Assembly (NCBI GenBank): GCA_041640575.1
Contig: JBEPZZ010000006.1
Location: 28,870-61,647, forward strand
Direction of reading: 5' to 3'
Source: Pseudothermotoga sp.
Lineage (GTDB): Bacteria > Thermotogota > Thermotogae > Thermotogales > DSM-5069
Length of the DNA: 32,778 bases
The notes under the pieces were generated by a model that was not told where the DNA came from, ran no database searches, and saw nothing but the letters and a program-made list of their open reading frames with translations. The position numbers were made by a program, and so were the translations under genes. Of the stretch, positions 10,338-19,905 are shown in pieces; the stretch's first letter is position 1, and every line of letters begins with the position of its first letter.

Positions 10338-12244
10338 TCCACATAGATTCTAAGAACATTGAAAGAGTACCCCTTGACTACAAAGCTCATATTTTCATAA
10401 TTCGCCATGAGCTTTTCATTAGTGGGTACGATCGAATACTCTTCGAAACTGTTTGTCATTGTGAAAGAACCGAAAGCTCTTATTATTTCTACGTCTTTTA
10501 TTTTGAAACCTCCTACCAAACAAATTTGGAGGTTTCTATCCTCTGGCCAAGGGTTTACAAGAAAGATTACGATCTGTCTTGACTCAGGATCATACGTACA
10601 TACATGATAGATTGATTTAAATTTGTAACCTACCATTTCGAGATCCTCATTGCTGAGTTTGGAAGGTAACAGATAATTCCCGATGTTTTCTATGTAAAGT
10701 TTTTGTACAAAATAACTTGGCGTCAAAAACACTCTCGTTGAGTCGAACCAAATCAAGTCTGGAACCCATTGTGATCCTCCCACTCTATTGAAAAGCGGGG
10801 CATAAGAAGACATTATAACAACATCCGAATTCCGTATGATACCTGTCAAAAATGCAGCTTCGGCAAGAGCTGCTTGCCAGTTATTTTGCCTTCCCGGACT
10901 ATGCGCTGCATATTCACCAATCATGACCATTGGTCCATCTCGATAATATCTGTCGTAACGGTTGTTGTTTGCAAGGAACCATTCTGGAGGAGCGTAGATA
11001 TGTTCATCAAAAATGTCGACATTGTTTTCCTTTGCCCACCTTAATGCATATCTGAAATTTGATCCTTCATATGACGGCGGACCACTAAAAACGATCTTTA
11101 TATCCGGGTACTTTGTCTTGATAGCTTTCTGAAAGCACTCAAATCTTTCATGGTACTTATCACCCCAGTTCTCATTTCCTATTCCTATGTACTTGACATT
11201 GAAAGGTTCTGGATGACCAAGCTTCGCCCTTATTGACCCCCAGTATGAATCGACAGGACCATTCGCAAACTCAAGAAAATCTAGCACATCCTGGACCCAC
11301 TCATTGAGATTTTCCATAGGACAGTATTCAGCTCCTCTAACTTGGCATGAAATGCCTGAATTGAATATCGGTACAGGCTCTGCGCCTAGATATTCTGCCA
11401 GTAGTAAGTATTCGTAGAAGCCTATTCCATAGGATTGGTAGTATCCCCAGAGGTTCTTATTTGTTTTTCTTTGCTCAACAGGACCTATTGTGTCTTTCCA
11501 TCTATAAGCGTTCTGCAAACTATCACCTTCGACTAAGCAACCCCCAGGGAAACGCAAAAATCCAGGTTTTAGTTCTTTCAAAACTTCGACTAAATCCTTT
11601 CTCATTCCATACCATGTAGTTTTTGGCATAAGAGAAATCATATCCAAGTGAAGTTCTCCGCGACCTTTGATTCTCATTACGAATTGTGAATTCAAGGTTG
11701 TAACTCTTGGGACGAACTCAATGAACAGTTTTGTCCAATTGCTTATTTCTTTTTGGATCTTAATAGTACCTTCGGCAAATTTTTCCTCTTTCTTGTTTTC
11801 TATGGACACGCTTACTTCGCCACAAAAAGCATTTGTTCGAACATAAAAAGACAAAACATACACTTCATTAATCTTCAATGGAATGCCACCATAACCAGTG
11901 TTGATAAGCATAACTTCCTCGTCAGAACCTTTGAAATAGATCCTTAGATAATTCTTGTTGTTCACGTTAAGTGGTTCAGAACTTTCAATAGAGACATCGA
12001 CTAATTCTTCATCAAATCTCAGAGACCATCCGTCAAAAACAAAGGTATGCTCAAAGGACCTGTTTCTTATTAGTTCGGCGTACAAACCACCATCAACAGC
12101 AAAATTGATATCTTCGAAAAAAATGCCAAACAGTGTTTTAGGTATTTCGAATACTGGATTCATCTCGATAGTTAGCACATAATCAAGTGCAAAACAGAAA
12201 CAAACCGCTAGAAAAATTACTAATAAACTAGCTAATTGTTTCAT
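10334..12244 (-). CDS. Extracytoplasmic alpha-L-arabinofuranosidase, GH51, with an N-terminal CBM-like insert
   Basis: Signal peptide MKQLASLLVIFLAVCFCFA. Motifs GIFFEDINFAVDGGLYAELIRNRSFE, RFPGGC, IGNENWG, DEHIY, GEYA and SYAPLF. Confidence 0.93.
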   Translation of the reverse strand: MKQLASLLVIFLAVCFCFALDYVLTIEMNPVFEIPKTLFGIFFEDINFAVDGGLYAELIRNRSFEHTFVFDGWSLRFDEELVDVSIESSEPLNVNNKNYLRIYFKGSDEEVMLINTGYGGIPLKINEVYVLSFYVRTNAFCGEVSVSIENKKEEKFAEGTIKIQKEISNWTKLFIEFVPRVTTLNSQFVMRIKGRGELHLDMISLMPKTTWYGMRKDLVEVLKELKPGFLRFPGGCLVEGDSLQNAYRWKDTIGPVEQRKTNKNLWGYYQSYGIGFYEYLLLAEYLGAEPVPIFNSGISCQVRGAEYCPMENLNEWVQDVLDFLEFANGPVDSYWGSIRAKLGHPEPFNVKYIGIGNENWGDKYHERFECFQKAIKTKYPDIKIVFSGPPSYEGSNFRYALRWAKENNVDIFDEHIYAPPEWFLANNNRYDRYYRDGPMVMIGEYAAHSPGRQNNWQAALAEAAFLTGIIRNSDVVIMSSYAPLFNRVGGSQWVPDLIWFDSTRVFLTPSYFVQKLYIENIGNYLLPSKLSNEDLEMVGYKFKSIYHVCTYDPESRQIVIFLVNPWPEDRNLQICLVGGFKIKDVEIIRAFGSFTMTNSFEEYSIVPTNEKLMANYENMSFVVKGYSFNVLRIYVE

Positions 12245-12262
12245 TCAACCACTCCCAAATAA

Positions 12263-13120
12263 TTACTCCTTACCTACTGATCCAAGATAGACACCCTGCA
12301 TCAGATATTTACGGAATATAATAAAGATCAACAACGTTGGGGCAACAGAAACAAATGCGCCAGCCATCAATGGTCCTATACCTCTGTAAGGATCACCCCA
12401 ACCAGCAGCGAAACGAACAAGAGCGATTGGTAAAGTGAACTTTTCGGGTTTGTTCAAAACTAGCAAAGGCCAGAGAAAGCTGTTCCAAGAACCCAAGAAA
12501 GTCATTAGAGCAAGAACAAAAAGAGCGGGTTTAACGTAAGGAATAACTATTGTTAGTAAAAACCTTAGTCGGGAACATCCGTCTATCCAGGCAGCATCTT
12601 CAAGTTCTCTTGGAATTCCAAGCATGTATTGTCTCAGTAAGAACACGCCAAAAGTTCCGCCAAGACCAGGTAGAATTAAGCTGGAAAATGTATCCATTAA
12701 ACCTAAACTGTGAATTATAAAGAAGTTCGGCACAAGAAAAATTATTCCAGGAAAGGCTAAAACTGCAATGTATAGCCAGAAAACCATTTCACGACCTCTA
12801 AATTTCAATCGAGACAGAGCATAAGCGGCGGGTGTGGCGATGACCAAGCCAAAGAAAGTCGCAAGTCCGGCAACCATAAGGCTGTTAGTAATACCTCGAA
12901 GAACACTTATACCACTTGCCGGTGCAAAAACTCGCTCATAGTTACCAAATGTTGGGGGTTGTGGTATCCACTGCGGTGGGTACTCACTCGTGGCAATGTT
13001 CGATTCTTTTAGAGAAGTTATGAACATCCAGAATATTGGAATAAACCAAAAAGCAGCAAAAGCCCACAAAAATAACGAACCAATTATTCTAACAATTTGT
13101 TTTCGTCTTTTTATTCTCAT
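12263..13120 (-). CDS. Carbohydrate ABC transporter permease (MalG-like), probable arabino-oligosaccharide uptake
   Basis: Motifs IPRELEDAAWIDG and WNSFLWPL, multiple TM segments. Confidence 0.93.
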   Translation of the reverse strand: MRIKRRKQIVRIIGSLFLWAFAAFWFIPIFWMFITSLKESNIATSEYPPQWIPQPPTFGNYERVFAPASGISVLRGITNSLMVAGLATFFGLVIATPAAYALSRLKFRGREMVFWLYIAVLAFPGIIFLVPNFFIIHSLGLMDTFSSLILPGLGGTFGVFLLRQYMLGIPRELEDAAWIDGCSRLRFLLTIVIPYVKPALFVLALMTFLGSWNSFLWPLLVLNKPEKFTLPIALVRFAAGWGDPYRGIGPLMAGAFVSVAPTLLIFIIFRKYLMQGVYLGSVGKE

Positions 13121-13124
13121 GAAA

Positions 13125-14063
13125 TCACTCCTCAGCGCTTCTTATAGTTTTTGTCAAGACTAGCAGCTGAATCAGTGCAAAACCGAAAACAATGATAAAG
13201 ATGTACCATGAAATAGCCGCAGCTCTTCCAAGCTCCTGCCTTTGGAAACCTATTTGGTAAAGGTAATAAACCATGGTTCTCGTTGATCCAGCAGGTCCAC
13301 CACCTGTGAAAAAGTAAACCTGGTCAAATAAACCGAAAGCAAGCAAGACCTGCCTTACGATATCAAAGAATAGTACATTTCGCATCCAAGGTAGTGTTAC
13401 ATTCCAAAATCTTGCCAACGGTCCAGCACCATCAATTTTTGCTGCTTCGTATTGTTCTGGGGGGATTCTCTGAATAGCCCCAAGATACAATAGTACACTG
13501 AATCCCACGATCCACCATACCGTTACAATGATTATGCATGTCCAAGCTCTTGAAGTTGTCTCAAACCAAGAAATTGGAGCCCTCAACAATCCCCATTGTG
13601 TCAAGTAGTAGTTTAAAAGCCCACTGGCATGAGAGCCAAGTATCCAACGCCACGTTGTCAATATACCAACGGAGCCAAAGAATGTTGGAGAGACAAAAGC
13701 AACCAACAACCACAGCTTGCCATACCACTTCTGATTTAAAATTAGTGCGAAAATCAAAGCCACAGCCATTGTTAAAGGAACACTTATAACAGCGAAAAGC
13801 AATGTATTCCTAACTGTTACCCAGAATCTTGAATCCCGCCATACGCGAACGAAATTGTCCAAGCCAATAAAAACTCGTTCTCCAAGCAAATCCCAACGGT
13901 GGAAGCTTATCAGCAGACCAAAGATCAAGGGAGCAATGACAAAAGTAACAAAGAAAAGTAGATGCGGCACTAAGAAACCCCAAGATCCAAGTTCTCTACG
14001 TAGCTTTCTGATGCTTACACGTGTCTTCTGAGCTTGTACTGTAGTGTCAGGAGAAACTCGCAT
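13125..14063 (-). CDS. Carbohydrate ABC transporter permease (MalF-like), probable arabino-oligosaccharide uptake
   Basis: Motifs FIGLDNF and IPPEQYEAAKIDGAG. Start placed at ATG 14063, behind SD GAGGGGTG. Confidence 0.92.
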   Translation of the reverse strand: MRVSPDTTVQAQKTRVSIRKLRRELGSWGFLVPHLLFFVTFVIAPLIFGLLISFHRWDLLGERVFIGLDNFVRVWRDSRFWVTVRNTLLFAVISVPLTMAVALIFALILNQKWYGKLWLLVAFVSPTFFGSVGILTTWRWILGSHASGLLNYYLTQWGLLRAPISWFETTSRAWTCIIIVTVWWIVGFSVLLYLGAIQRIPPEQYEAAKIDGAGPLARFWNVTLPWMRNVLFFDIVRQVLLAFGLFDQVYFFTGGGPAGSTRTMVYYLYQIGFQRQELGRAAAISWYIFIIVFGFALIQLLVLTKTIRSAEE

Positions 14064-14132
14064 TGGATCACCCCTCAATATTCTAATTAGTCAAGATTGA
14101 AAAGTTTTCGACAACCATAGGATAGGTTCTAT

Positions 14133-14186
14133 TTTGGTACGTACATACTTACGTATATTATACTCACTTATCCTTAGTTCAGTCAA
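14133..14186 (-). promoter_or_regulatory. Leftward operon promoter with AraR operator
   Basis: Minus strand TTGACT (14186-14181), 18 nt, TATAAT (14162-14157). Palindromic core GTACGTAC at 14137-14144 resembles the B. subtilis AraR box ATTTGTACGTACAAAT. Confidence 0.75.
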
Positions 14187-14333
14187 GAAGTACCTCCTAA
14201 CATATCTGAAGTACTTGTTCCCCAGTCAATCATATCCTTCTGGTATACAGTTTGTCAATTCCAATATCTTTAGAATTAGTTCATAAACATGTTTTGAGAC
14301 AGAATATATTCCATAAATGCTTTTGAAACCCTA

Positions 14334-14386
14334 TTGACATTTCAACTATTTATGGTTACAATTAAGCAAGAACGTACGTACCATTT
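14334..14386 (+). promoter_or_regulatory. Rightward operon promoter with AraR operator
   Basis: TTGACA (14334-14339), 17 nt, TACAAT (14357-14362). GTACGTAC at 14374-14381 lies just downstream. Confidence 0.85.
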
Positions 14387-14397
14387 TGGGGGGCATT

Positions 14398-16266
14398 TTG
14401 TTGGGAACATACGCTGATACTTTAAGGAGTAAATTTGCTTGTTACGTAAGTTCAAAAATAGAAAATTCTGTTTTACATGAGTTTTCTGAGTATTATCTTG
14501 AAAAACTTATCGAGATCACGGTTCCATCTCAGTTAGAATTGCTCGAAGAAACTGGTTGTATCGACAACTTCTGCATAACCTCCAGGAAGAAACTTGGTTC
14601 ATGTCTTGGTCATTTCTTGTTTAGCGATTTCGACGTTTGCAAGTGGATTGAAGTTGTAAGCTATGTATCAAACATGGTCAAAGGTTCAAGACTCCTTAAA
14701 TCTCTTAACAAGACCATTCGGTACACATCCGACATGCAGAGTGAGGATGGTTATCTGATTAGTTTCTCGCAGATCAATAAAGACCAAGGAAGATACAAGG
14801 ACCTAGCTCGGGGGCATGAATTTTACACAGTAGGGCATCTTACTCAGATAGCAATAGCTCACAGAGAGATCGCGGGTGACAAATCATTGTTCGAACTGGC
14901 AAGGAGTTTCTCCGATTTGGTATGTGAAACTTTAAGCTTAAATAGGAAAGAGGGAGCATCTGGACATGATGAAATTGAGATGACGCTTGTGAAGTTGTGT
15001 CGTGAAACAGGTGAAAAGAAGTGTCTAGATCAAGCCAAGTATTCTCTTAACATTTGTGGCAGAGGTTTAGCAGCAAATGTTCCAAGAAATCTTGGTCCAG
15101 TTTATTTCATTTATCACAAACTGTTTACACGGCTTTATGAGTCTGTTGAACACCCTGTGAGAATGCTTTACTTATGCTGTAGAGTAACAGATGTCTATTT
15201 AGAAAGTGGCGATGGCACAATATGGAATACCTTAGCACATTTGTGCGAGGATTTGACAACAAGAGAAATTTGCATTGCAGGTGGAGTAGGTTCGAAGCAT
15301 GATTGGGAGCCCATTGGAGAATCTTGTGATCTTCCAAATAGAAGAGCATACGCAGAAACATGCGCTTCAGTTGCTAATTTCATATGGAATCACAGAGTGT
15401 TACTTACAATTGGGAAAAGCAAATTTGTGGACGTGATGGGACAAATTTTGTACAGTGACCTACTCGCTGGAATATCTTTGGATGGTGCCAAGTATTTCTA
15501 TTTCTACGACACTCTTCCTGAGGACGTAGGAAACGAGCGCAAGCAAAAGTGGTTTGATTACGCCCGCTGTCCACTTAACATTGCACGAACAATTGTTTCA
15601 TTCTCGTTTTACATTTACGCTCAGCCAGCACGTAGACCACGGGTGAATTTCTACGAAGATAACTATTTCTTCGTTCTCCAAGATAAAGTCCCAATCGAGG
15701 TCGTTCCAACAAATAATGATTTGTGGTCAAAAGGGGTGAACATAATCGTTAGCACAAATGAAGCTATTTCTTTCACTTTGATGCTCAGGATACCATCATA
15801 GTCTGATAGTTTTAGTCCGGAGCTCATTGCGGAAGACGTTAGGGTTAACTTGAACAATGGGTATGCGGAGGTCAAGAACATTTGAAAGCAAAGAAGTTTC
15901 TCAGGTTATGATTCATTATCAAACTAGAAATCATGCAAGTTCATCCATATGTTTCTGAGAACTACGGAACGACAGTCACAAGAGTGGTGTATGTCCTAAG
16001 AAAATCGACAATCTAGATCTTGACGTTTGGATTCTCAGGATTGATCCAGAAACCTTCGAAAGATATGGAGGGGAAATCTCCAGTAAGAGGTTGCTCTTTG
16101 TAAGTTGTATTGATAAGGCAAGCAGTTTGAAAAGTTGAATGAGAAAGTTTTACCGCAACCAAAAGAGTGAGAAATTGAGCTAGGCCGCGTTCAAACTTGT
16201 TCCACGTCAAATGTGGAACAACAGAACGTGAAGTAATATGACGTTTGGTTCGATATCCTCTCTTGA
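14398..16266 (+). pseudogene. Decayed beta-L-arabinofuranosidase, GH127 (HypBA1-like)
   Basis: Degenerate GH127 blocks FSDFDVCKWIE, HEFYTVGHL, GHDEIEMTLVKL, YAETCAS and WFDYARCPLN (for WFxCACCPxN). The ORF stops at LRIPS* (TAG at the conserved Trp). Homology continues through stops and frameshifts: GYAEVKNI*, IMQVHPYVSENYG, FKLVPRQMWNNR. Confidence 0.88.
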
Positions 16267-16360
16267 GGAAGGAGGTGAAAAAGAGAAGTAACACGGTTCT
16301 GTTGTTCAGTTTCGGGGTCTTATTTGTTGATTTTAGAACATGCGTGCGGAGGTGACTGGT

Positions 16361-17599
16361 ATGAAAAGATTTCTTGTTGTGTTATTTATGCTGGTTGTGA
16401 TGATGCTCTTTGGTCAAAAAATTACCTTAACATTTATGACTCCTCTAGGTGGAGCAGATGGAGCATACATGGATCAAATCATTAAAGATTTTAATGCAAA
16501 ACATCCCGGCATAGAAGTTGTGCATCTAGTTGTAGTTTCGTCAGTTGAATACAAACAAAAACTTTCAACTGGTATAGCAACAAAGACAGCGCCTCAAGTG
16601 CTTTTCATGAGAAAATTCGATATGCCACTCTACCTTGATCACCTTAAAACATTCACAAAAGAAGAACTACTAAGATATGGCATAGATATTGATGATATCT
16701 ATCCGTCAGTTATCGAAGGTTTGATCAGAGACGGTAAGATCTACGGCATACCGCTTGATGTTTGGATCTTTTACATGGCTTACAACAAAGCCAACTTCAA
16801 GAAAGCTGGGCTTGACCCAGAAAAGCCGCCCTATACAAGGGAGGAATTCGAAACGGTGATGGAAGCTCTGAAAAAGATAACCCCTCCAGGCGCAACACCA
16901 TGGTGCGAGTCACCAACCTGGGCATGGATGTTTGTACACGTTCTCTGGCAATTTGGTGGAGATCTTTTGACACCAGATTTCAAGAAGCCGGCATTCAAAG
17001 AGGCTGCTGTGCAGGCACTGAAGTATCTTATGAGCCTGCAGGACAAGGGTTATCTTCCAAAAGCATTGATCGATCCAGGTCCAACCTTTGAATCCGGTGC
17101 TGGGACCACATTAATTACAGGCATTTGGACCATCAATCCCTGGAGAGATCTGTTTGGAGACAACTTTGGCTATGCACCAGCACCGCAACTTGGAACGACG
17201 AAAGCAGTTTTTGGTGGTTCACATGTTATTGCAATGCCAAAAGTTATGGTAGAAGATCCGAAAATTTTGGAGGCAACAATGACATGGGTAAAATTCTTGT
17301 GGGATAACGCAATAGATTGGTATGCAGCTGGTCAAACGCCGGCTAGAAAGTCTATAGCTGAGAGCGAAGAACTTAAGAAGCGTTTACCGCATATCTATAC
17401 CGTTGCCCAACAACTACCTTATGTGAAAACCTTCCAACTATTTCCATATATTTCAGAGGTTCTAGACGAAATAGCTGTCTATTTGGAGGATGTTTTGATT
17501 ACAAGGAAACTGACGCCCGAAAAGGCTATGGAAATGGCTGAAGAAGCTGTTCAAGACATTCTTAATGATTACTGGGCAACAGTTGGCAGGAAGAAGTAG
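16361..17599 (+). CDS. Sugar ABC transporter substrate-binding protein, probable arabino-oligosaccharide binding
   Basis: ATG 16361 follows GGAGGTGA. Signal peptide MKRFLVVLFMLVVMMLFG, motifs GKIYGIPLD and YNKANFKKAGLDP. Confidence 0.92.
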   Translation: MKRFLVVLFMLVVMMLFGQKITLTFMTPLGGADGAYMDQIIKDFNAKHPGIEVVHLVVVSSVEYKQKLSTGIATKTAPQVLFMRKFDMPLYLDHLKTFTKEELLRYGIDIDDIYPSVIEGLIRDGKIYGIPLDVWIFYMAYNKANFKKAGLDPEKPPYTREEFETVMEALKKITPPGATPWCESPTWAWMFVHVLWQFGGDLLTPDFKKPAFKEAAVQALKYLMSLQDKGYLPKALIDPGPTFESGAGTTLITGIWTINPWRDLFGDNFGYAPAPQLGTTKAVFGGSHVIAMPKVMVEDPKILEATMTWVKFLWDNAIDWYAAGQTPARKSIAESEELKKRLPHIYTVAQQLPYVKTFQLFPYISEVLDEIAVYLEDVLITRKLTPEKAMEMAEEAVQDILNDYWATVGRKK

Positions 17600-17626
17600 T
17601 TTCTTTTAATCAAGGAGGTGAACATT

Positions 17627-18385
17627 GTGCGCGCACTAGTGCTGCTTTTTATAATAATCAGCATCGCGGCACTCGCATTTTCCTTCGAACCATTGAAAGA
17701 TGGAGCGTTAGTTGCTTACTTTCCATTTGATGAAAATTTCAAAGATTTATCTGGAAAATTTGGTGAAGCGGAAATAACTGGATCAACTATAGGTGGAACA
17801 GTCTTAGGGAAAGCAACAATTGAATTTAAGCATGGAATTAAAGGTAATGGAATTTACTTTCCTGGCAGAAGGGGGCTTATCCTTCCAGAAGATATAATAA
17901 AGGATTATGATTACACCGTTGCATTCTGGTTAAATCCAGAGAAATTTACAGCTCATACAACAACCTTCTTTGGAATATTTGTTGATCAAAATCAAGGGTA
18001 CCACTGGGTGAGTTTTGTGCCTTTTGGATGGAACCAAGGTACCCTGCTTTGGGCAAACGATTCGGTCGCTTCCATATGGTTCGATGGATTGCTCGAAGAA
18101 AATCTACAGCTGGAAAAATGGTATCATGTCGCTGTGACTGTAGACAGTGGAAAAGTTCAGGTTTACCTCAACGGTAAACCTGTTTTAAAAACAGTACAAA
18201 TCAACGGCCAACCAAATCCAGAAGGATTGCTTCCAGATATCTTCAGCATTAAACCCGGAGGGATATTCGCACTTGGAGTGAACTATTGGGATCCTGCGTT
18301 CCAGGGTATGATCGATGAATTGTGGATATTCGACAGACCATTAAGTAAGGAAGAAATCATGGTGCTTTACGAACTCAAATACTAA
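17627..18385 (+). CDS. Secreted LamG / concanavalin A-like beta-sandwich protein
   Basis: GTG 17627 follows AGGAGGTG. Signal peptide, motifs LVAYFPFD, YTVAFW, WYHVAVT, VYLNG and FQGMIDELWIFDRPLS. Confidence 0.88.
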   Translation: MRALVLLFIIISIAALAFSFEPLKDGALVAYFPFDENFKDLSGKFGEAEITGSTIGGTVLGKATIEFKHGIKGNGIYFPGRRGLILPEDIIKDYDYTVAFWLNPEKFTAHTTTFFGIFVDQNQGYHWVSFVPFGWNQGTLLWANDSVASIWFDGLLEENLQLEKWYHVAVTVDSGKVQVYLNGKPVLKTVQINGQPNPEGLLPDIFSIKPGGIFALGVNYWDPAFQGMIDELWIFDRPLSKEEIMVLYELKY

Positions 18386-18403
18386 AATGGATGCATGAAG
18401 ATT

Positions 18404-18440
18404 AACTTAGGAGCTCCCTATGAGGGGGCTCCTTAAAGTT
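18404..18440 (+). other. Intercistronic stem-loop between the LamG and arabinanase genes
   Basis: AGGAGCTCCCT-ATG-AGGGGGCTCCT (18409-18433) forms an 11-bp stem with one G-U pair, flanked by AACTT and AAGTT. Confidence 0.7.
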
Positions 18441-18454
18441 TTGGAGGTGACCTG

Positions 18455-19867
18455 ATGAGGCAAGTACTGTCCTCTATACTATTATTTACTAGTTTTTTTG
18501 TTTTCGGAGAGAGTATCCCTATCTTCACATGGGCTGTCGTGCACGATCCTTCAGTAACAAAAGTTCAAGATACTTATTATCTATTTGGTTCTCATCTTGC
18601 TGTAGCCAAATCGCACGATTTGATGAATTGGACTCAAGTTAATTTAAACGTTTACAAAGGAAACCCAATAATCCCTGACATAAAAGAGGACTTGAAAGAA
18701 GTTGTTTCATGGGCAAGAGCAGATTCGATCTGGGCACCTCATGTCATCCAATTTGCAGACGGGAAGTTCTACATGTACTACTGTGCATCAACTTTCGGTT
18801 CTTCACGATCTGCAATAGGAGTTGCCGTATCTGAAAATATAGAAGGTCCATATAGACATTATGCGATCATTCTAAAATCAGGGCAGACAGCAAGCGATGG
18901 CCCAAGTGAAGATGGTACACCATACAACCCCATGAAACATCCTAATTGCATAGATCCTCACACCTTTTTTGATAAAGACGGAAAGCTTTGGATGACTTAT
19001 GGTTCGTATTTTGGTGGAATTTTTATCGTTGAACTTGATCCAGTAACCGGATTGCCTTTGCCCGGACAAGGTTATGGTCAAAGGCTCATTGGTGGTAATC
19101 ATAGCCCTATTGAAGGGCCGTTTATTTTGTACTGTCCGCAAACCGATTACTACTATCTCTTCGTAAGTTTTGGAGGTTTAGATTCACGAGGTGGATACAA
19201 CATTCGTGTTGTTCGCTCCAAAAATGTTGTCGGTCCATACGAAGATATCGAAGGCAACGACATGCGCGAGTGTATGGGTGGAGCAAAGATAATAGAATCA
19301 TTCGGGGTAAAACTGGTTGGAAATTTCAATCTCCATGAGACCAATGCGCTCAGTGCGGCTACGTTTGGCTATGTATCACCTGGACATAACTCTGCTTATT
19401 ACGATCCAATAACTGGTAAATATTTCATCTTCTTCCATACAAGATTTCCCGGTAGGGGAGAGAGTTATCAAATCAGGGTGCATCAGTTATTGCTGAATGA
19501 AGATGGTTGGTTTGTGATGGCACCGCTTCCATACGCCGGAGAGCAAAATTCAACTTTGCGAAAAGAAGATCTTGTTGGGCAATATTTGTTTGTAAACCAC
19601 GGCAAAGAGATTACGAGAGACATAAAATTACCCGTGAGAATAATTCTCAATTCAGACGGCACAATCTCTGGTGACCACACGGGAAGCTGGGAGATGAAAG
19701 ATGGTAATTTCATTGATATCGTTATTAGAGAAACAAATCAACAGATTACATACAAAGGTGTCTGCTTGAAACAATGGGATCCATTTGAGAAAAAATGGAT
19801 TACAACTTTTTCGGCGGTATCTCAGAATGGCGTTTCTGTTTGGGGATACAAGCGAACAACTAACTGA
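18455..19867 (+). CDS. abnA: Extracellular endo-1,5-alpha-L-arabinanase, GH43 with C-terminal beta domain
   Basis: Signal peptide. Catalytic motifs VHDPS, CIDP and IEGP, plus WAPHV, YGSYFGGI, SPGHNS and FFHTRFP. Confidence 0.9.
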   Translation: MRQVLSSILLFTSFFVFGESIPIFTWAVVHDPSVTKVQDTYYLFGSHLAVAKSHDLMNWTQVNLNVYKGNPIIPDIKEDLKEVVSWARADSIWAPHVIQFADGKFYMYYCASTFGSSRSAIGVAVSENIEGPYRHYAIILKSGQTASDGPSEDGTPYNPMKHPNCIDPHTFFDKDGKLWMTYGSYFGGIFIVELDPVTGLPLPGQGYGQRLIGGNHSPIEGPFILYCPQTDYYYLFVSFGGLDSRGGYNIRVVRSKNVVGPYEDIEGNDMRECMGGAKIIESFGVKLVGNFNLHETNALSAATFGYVSPGHNSAYYDPITGKYFIFFHTRFPGRGESYQIRVHQLLLNEDGWFVMAPLPYAGEQNSTLRKEDLVGQYLFVNHGKEITRDIKLPVRIILNSDGTISGDHTGSWEMKDGNFIDIVIRETNQQITYKGVCLKQWDPFEKKWITTFSAVSQNGVSVWGYKRTTN

Positions 19868-19905
19868 ACAAATTGGAACAATTTGCTAAGAAAGGAGGTT
19901 AGCAC

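Noticed and set aside
14386..15801. Tyr-to-Cys excess in the GH127 relic as a sign of A-to-G editing or DGR-type adenine mutagenesis
   Set aside because: Apparent changes include C-to-T, G-to-A and T-to-C transitions too (Arg to Cys, Cys to Tyr, Cys to Arg, Trp to stop). No reverse transcriptase or template repeat is seen in the window.
16013..16294. 93-aa minus-strand ORF
   Set aside because: It lies opposite the decayed GH127 C-terminus, whose motifs are visible on the plus strand.
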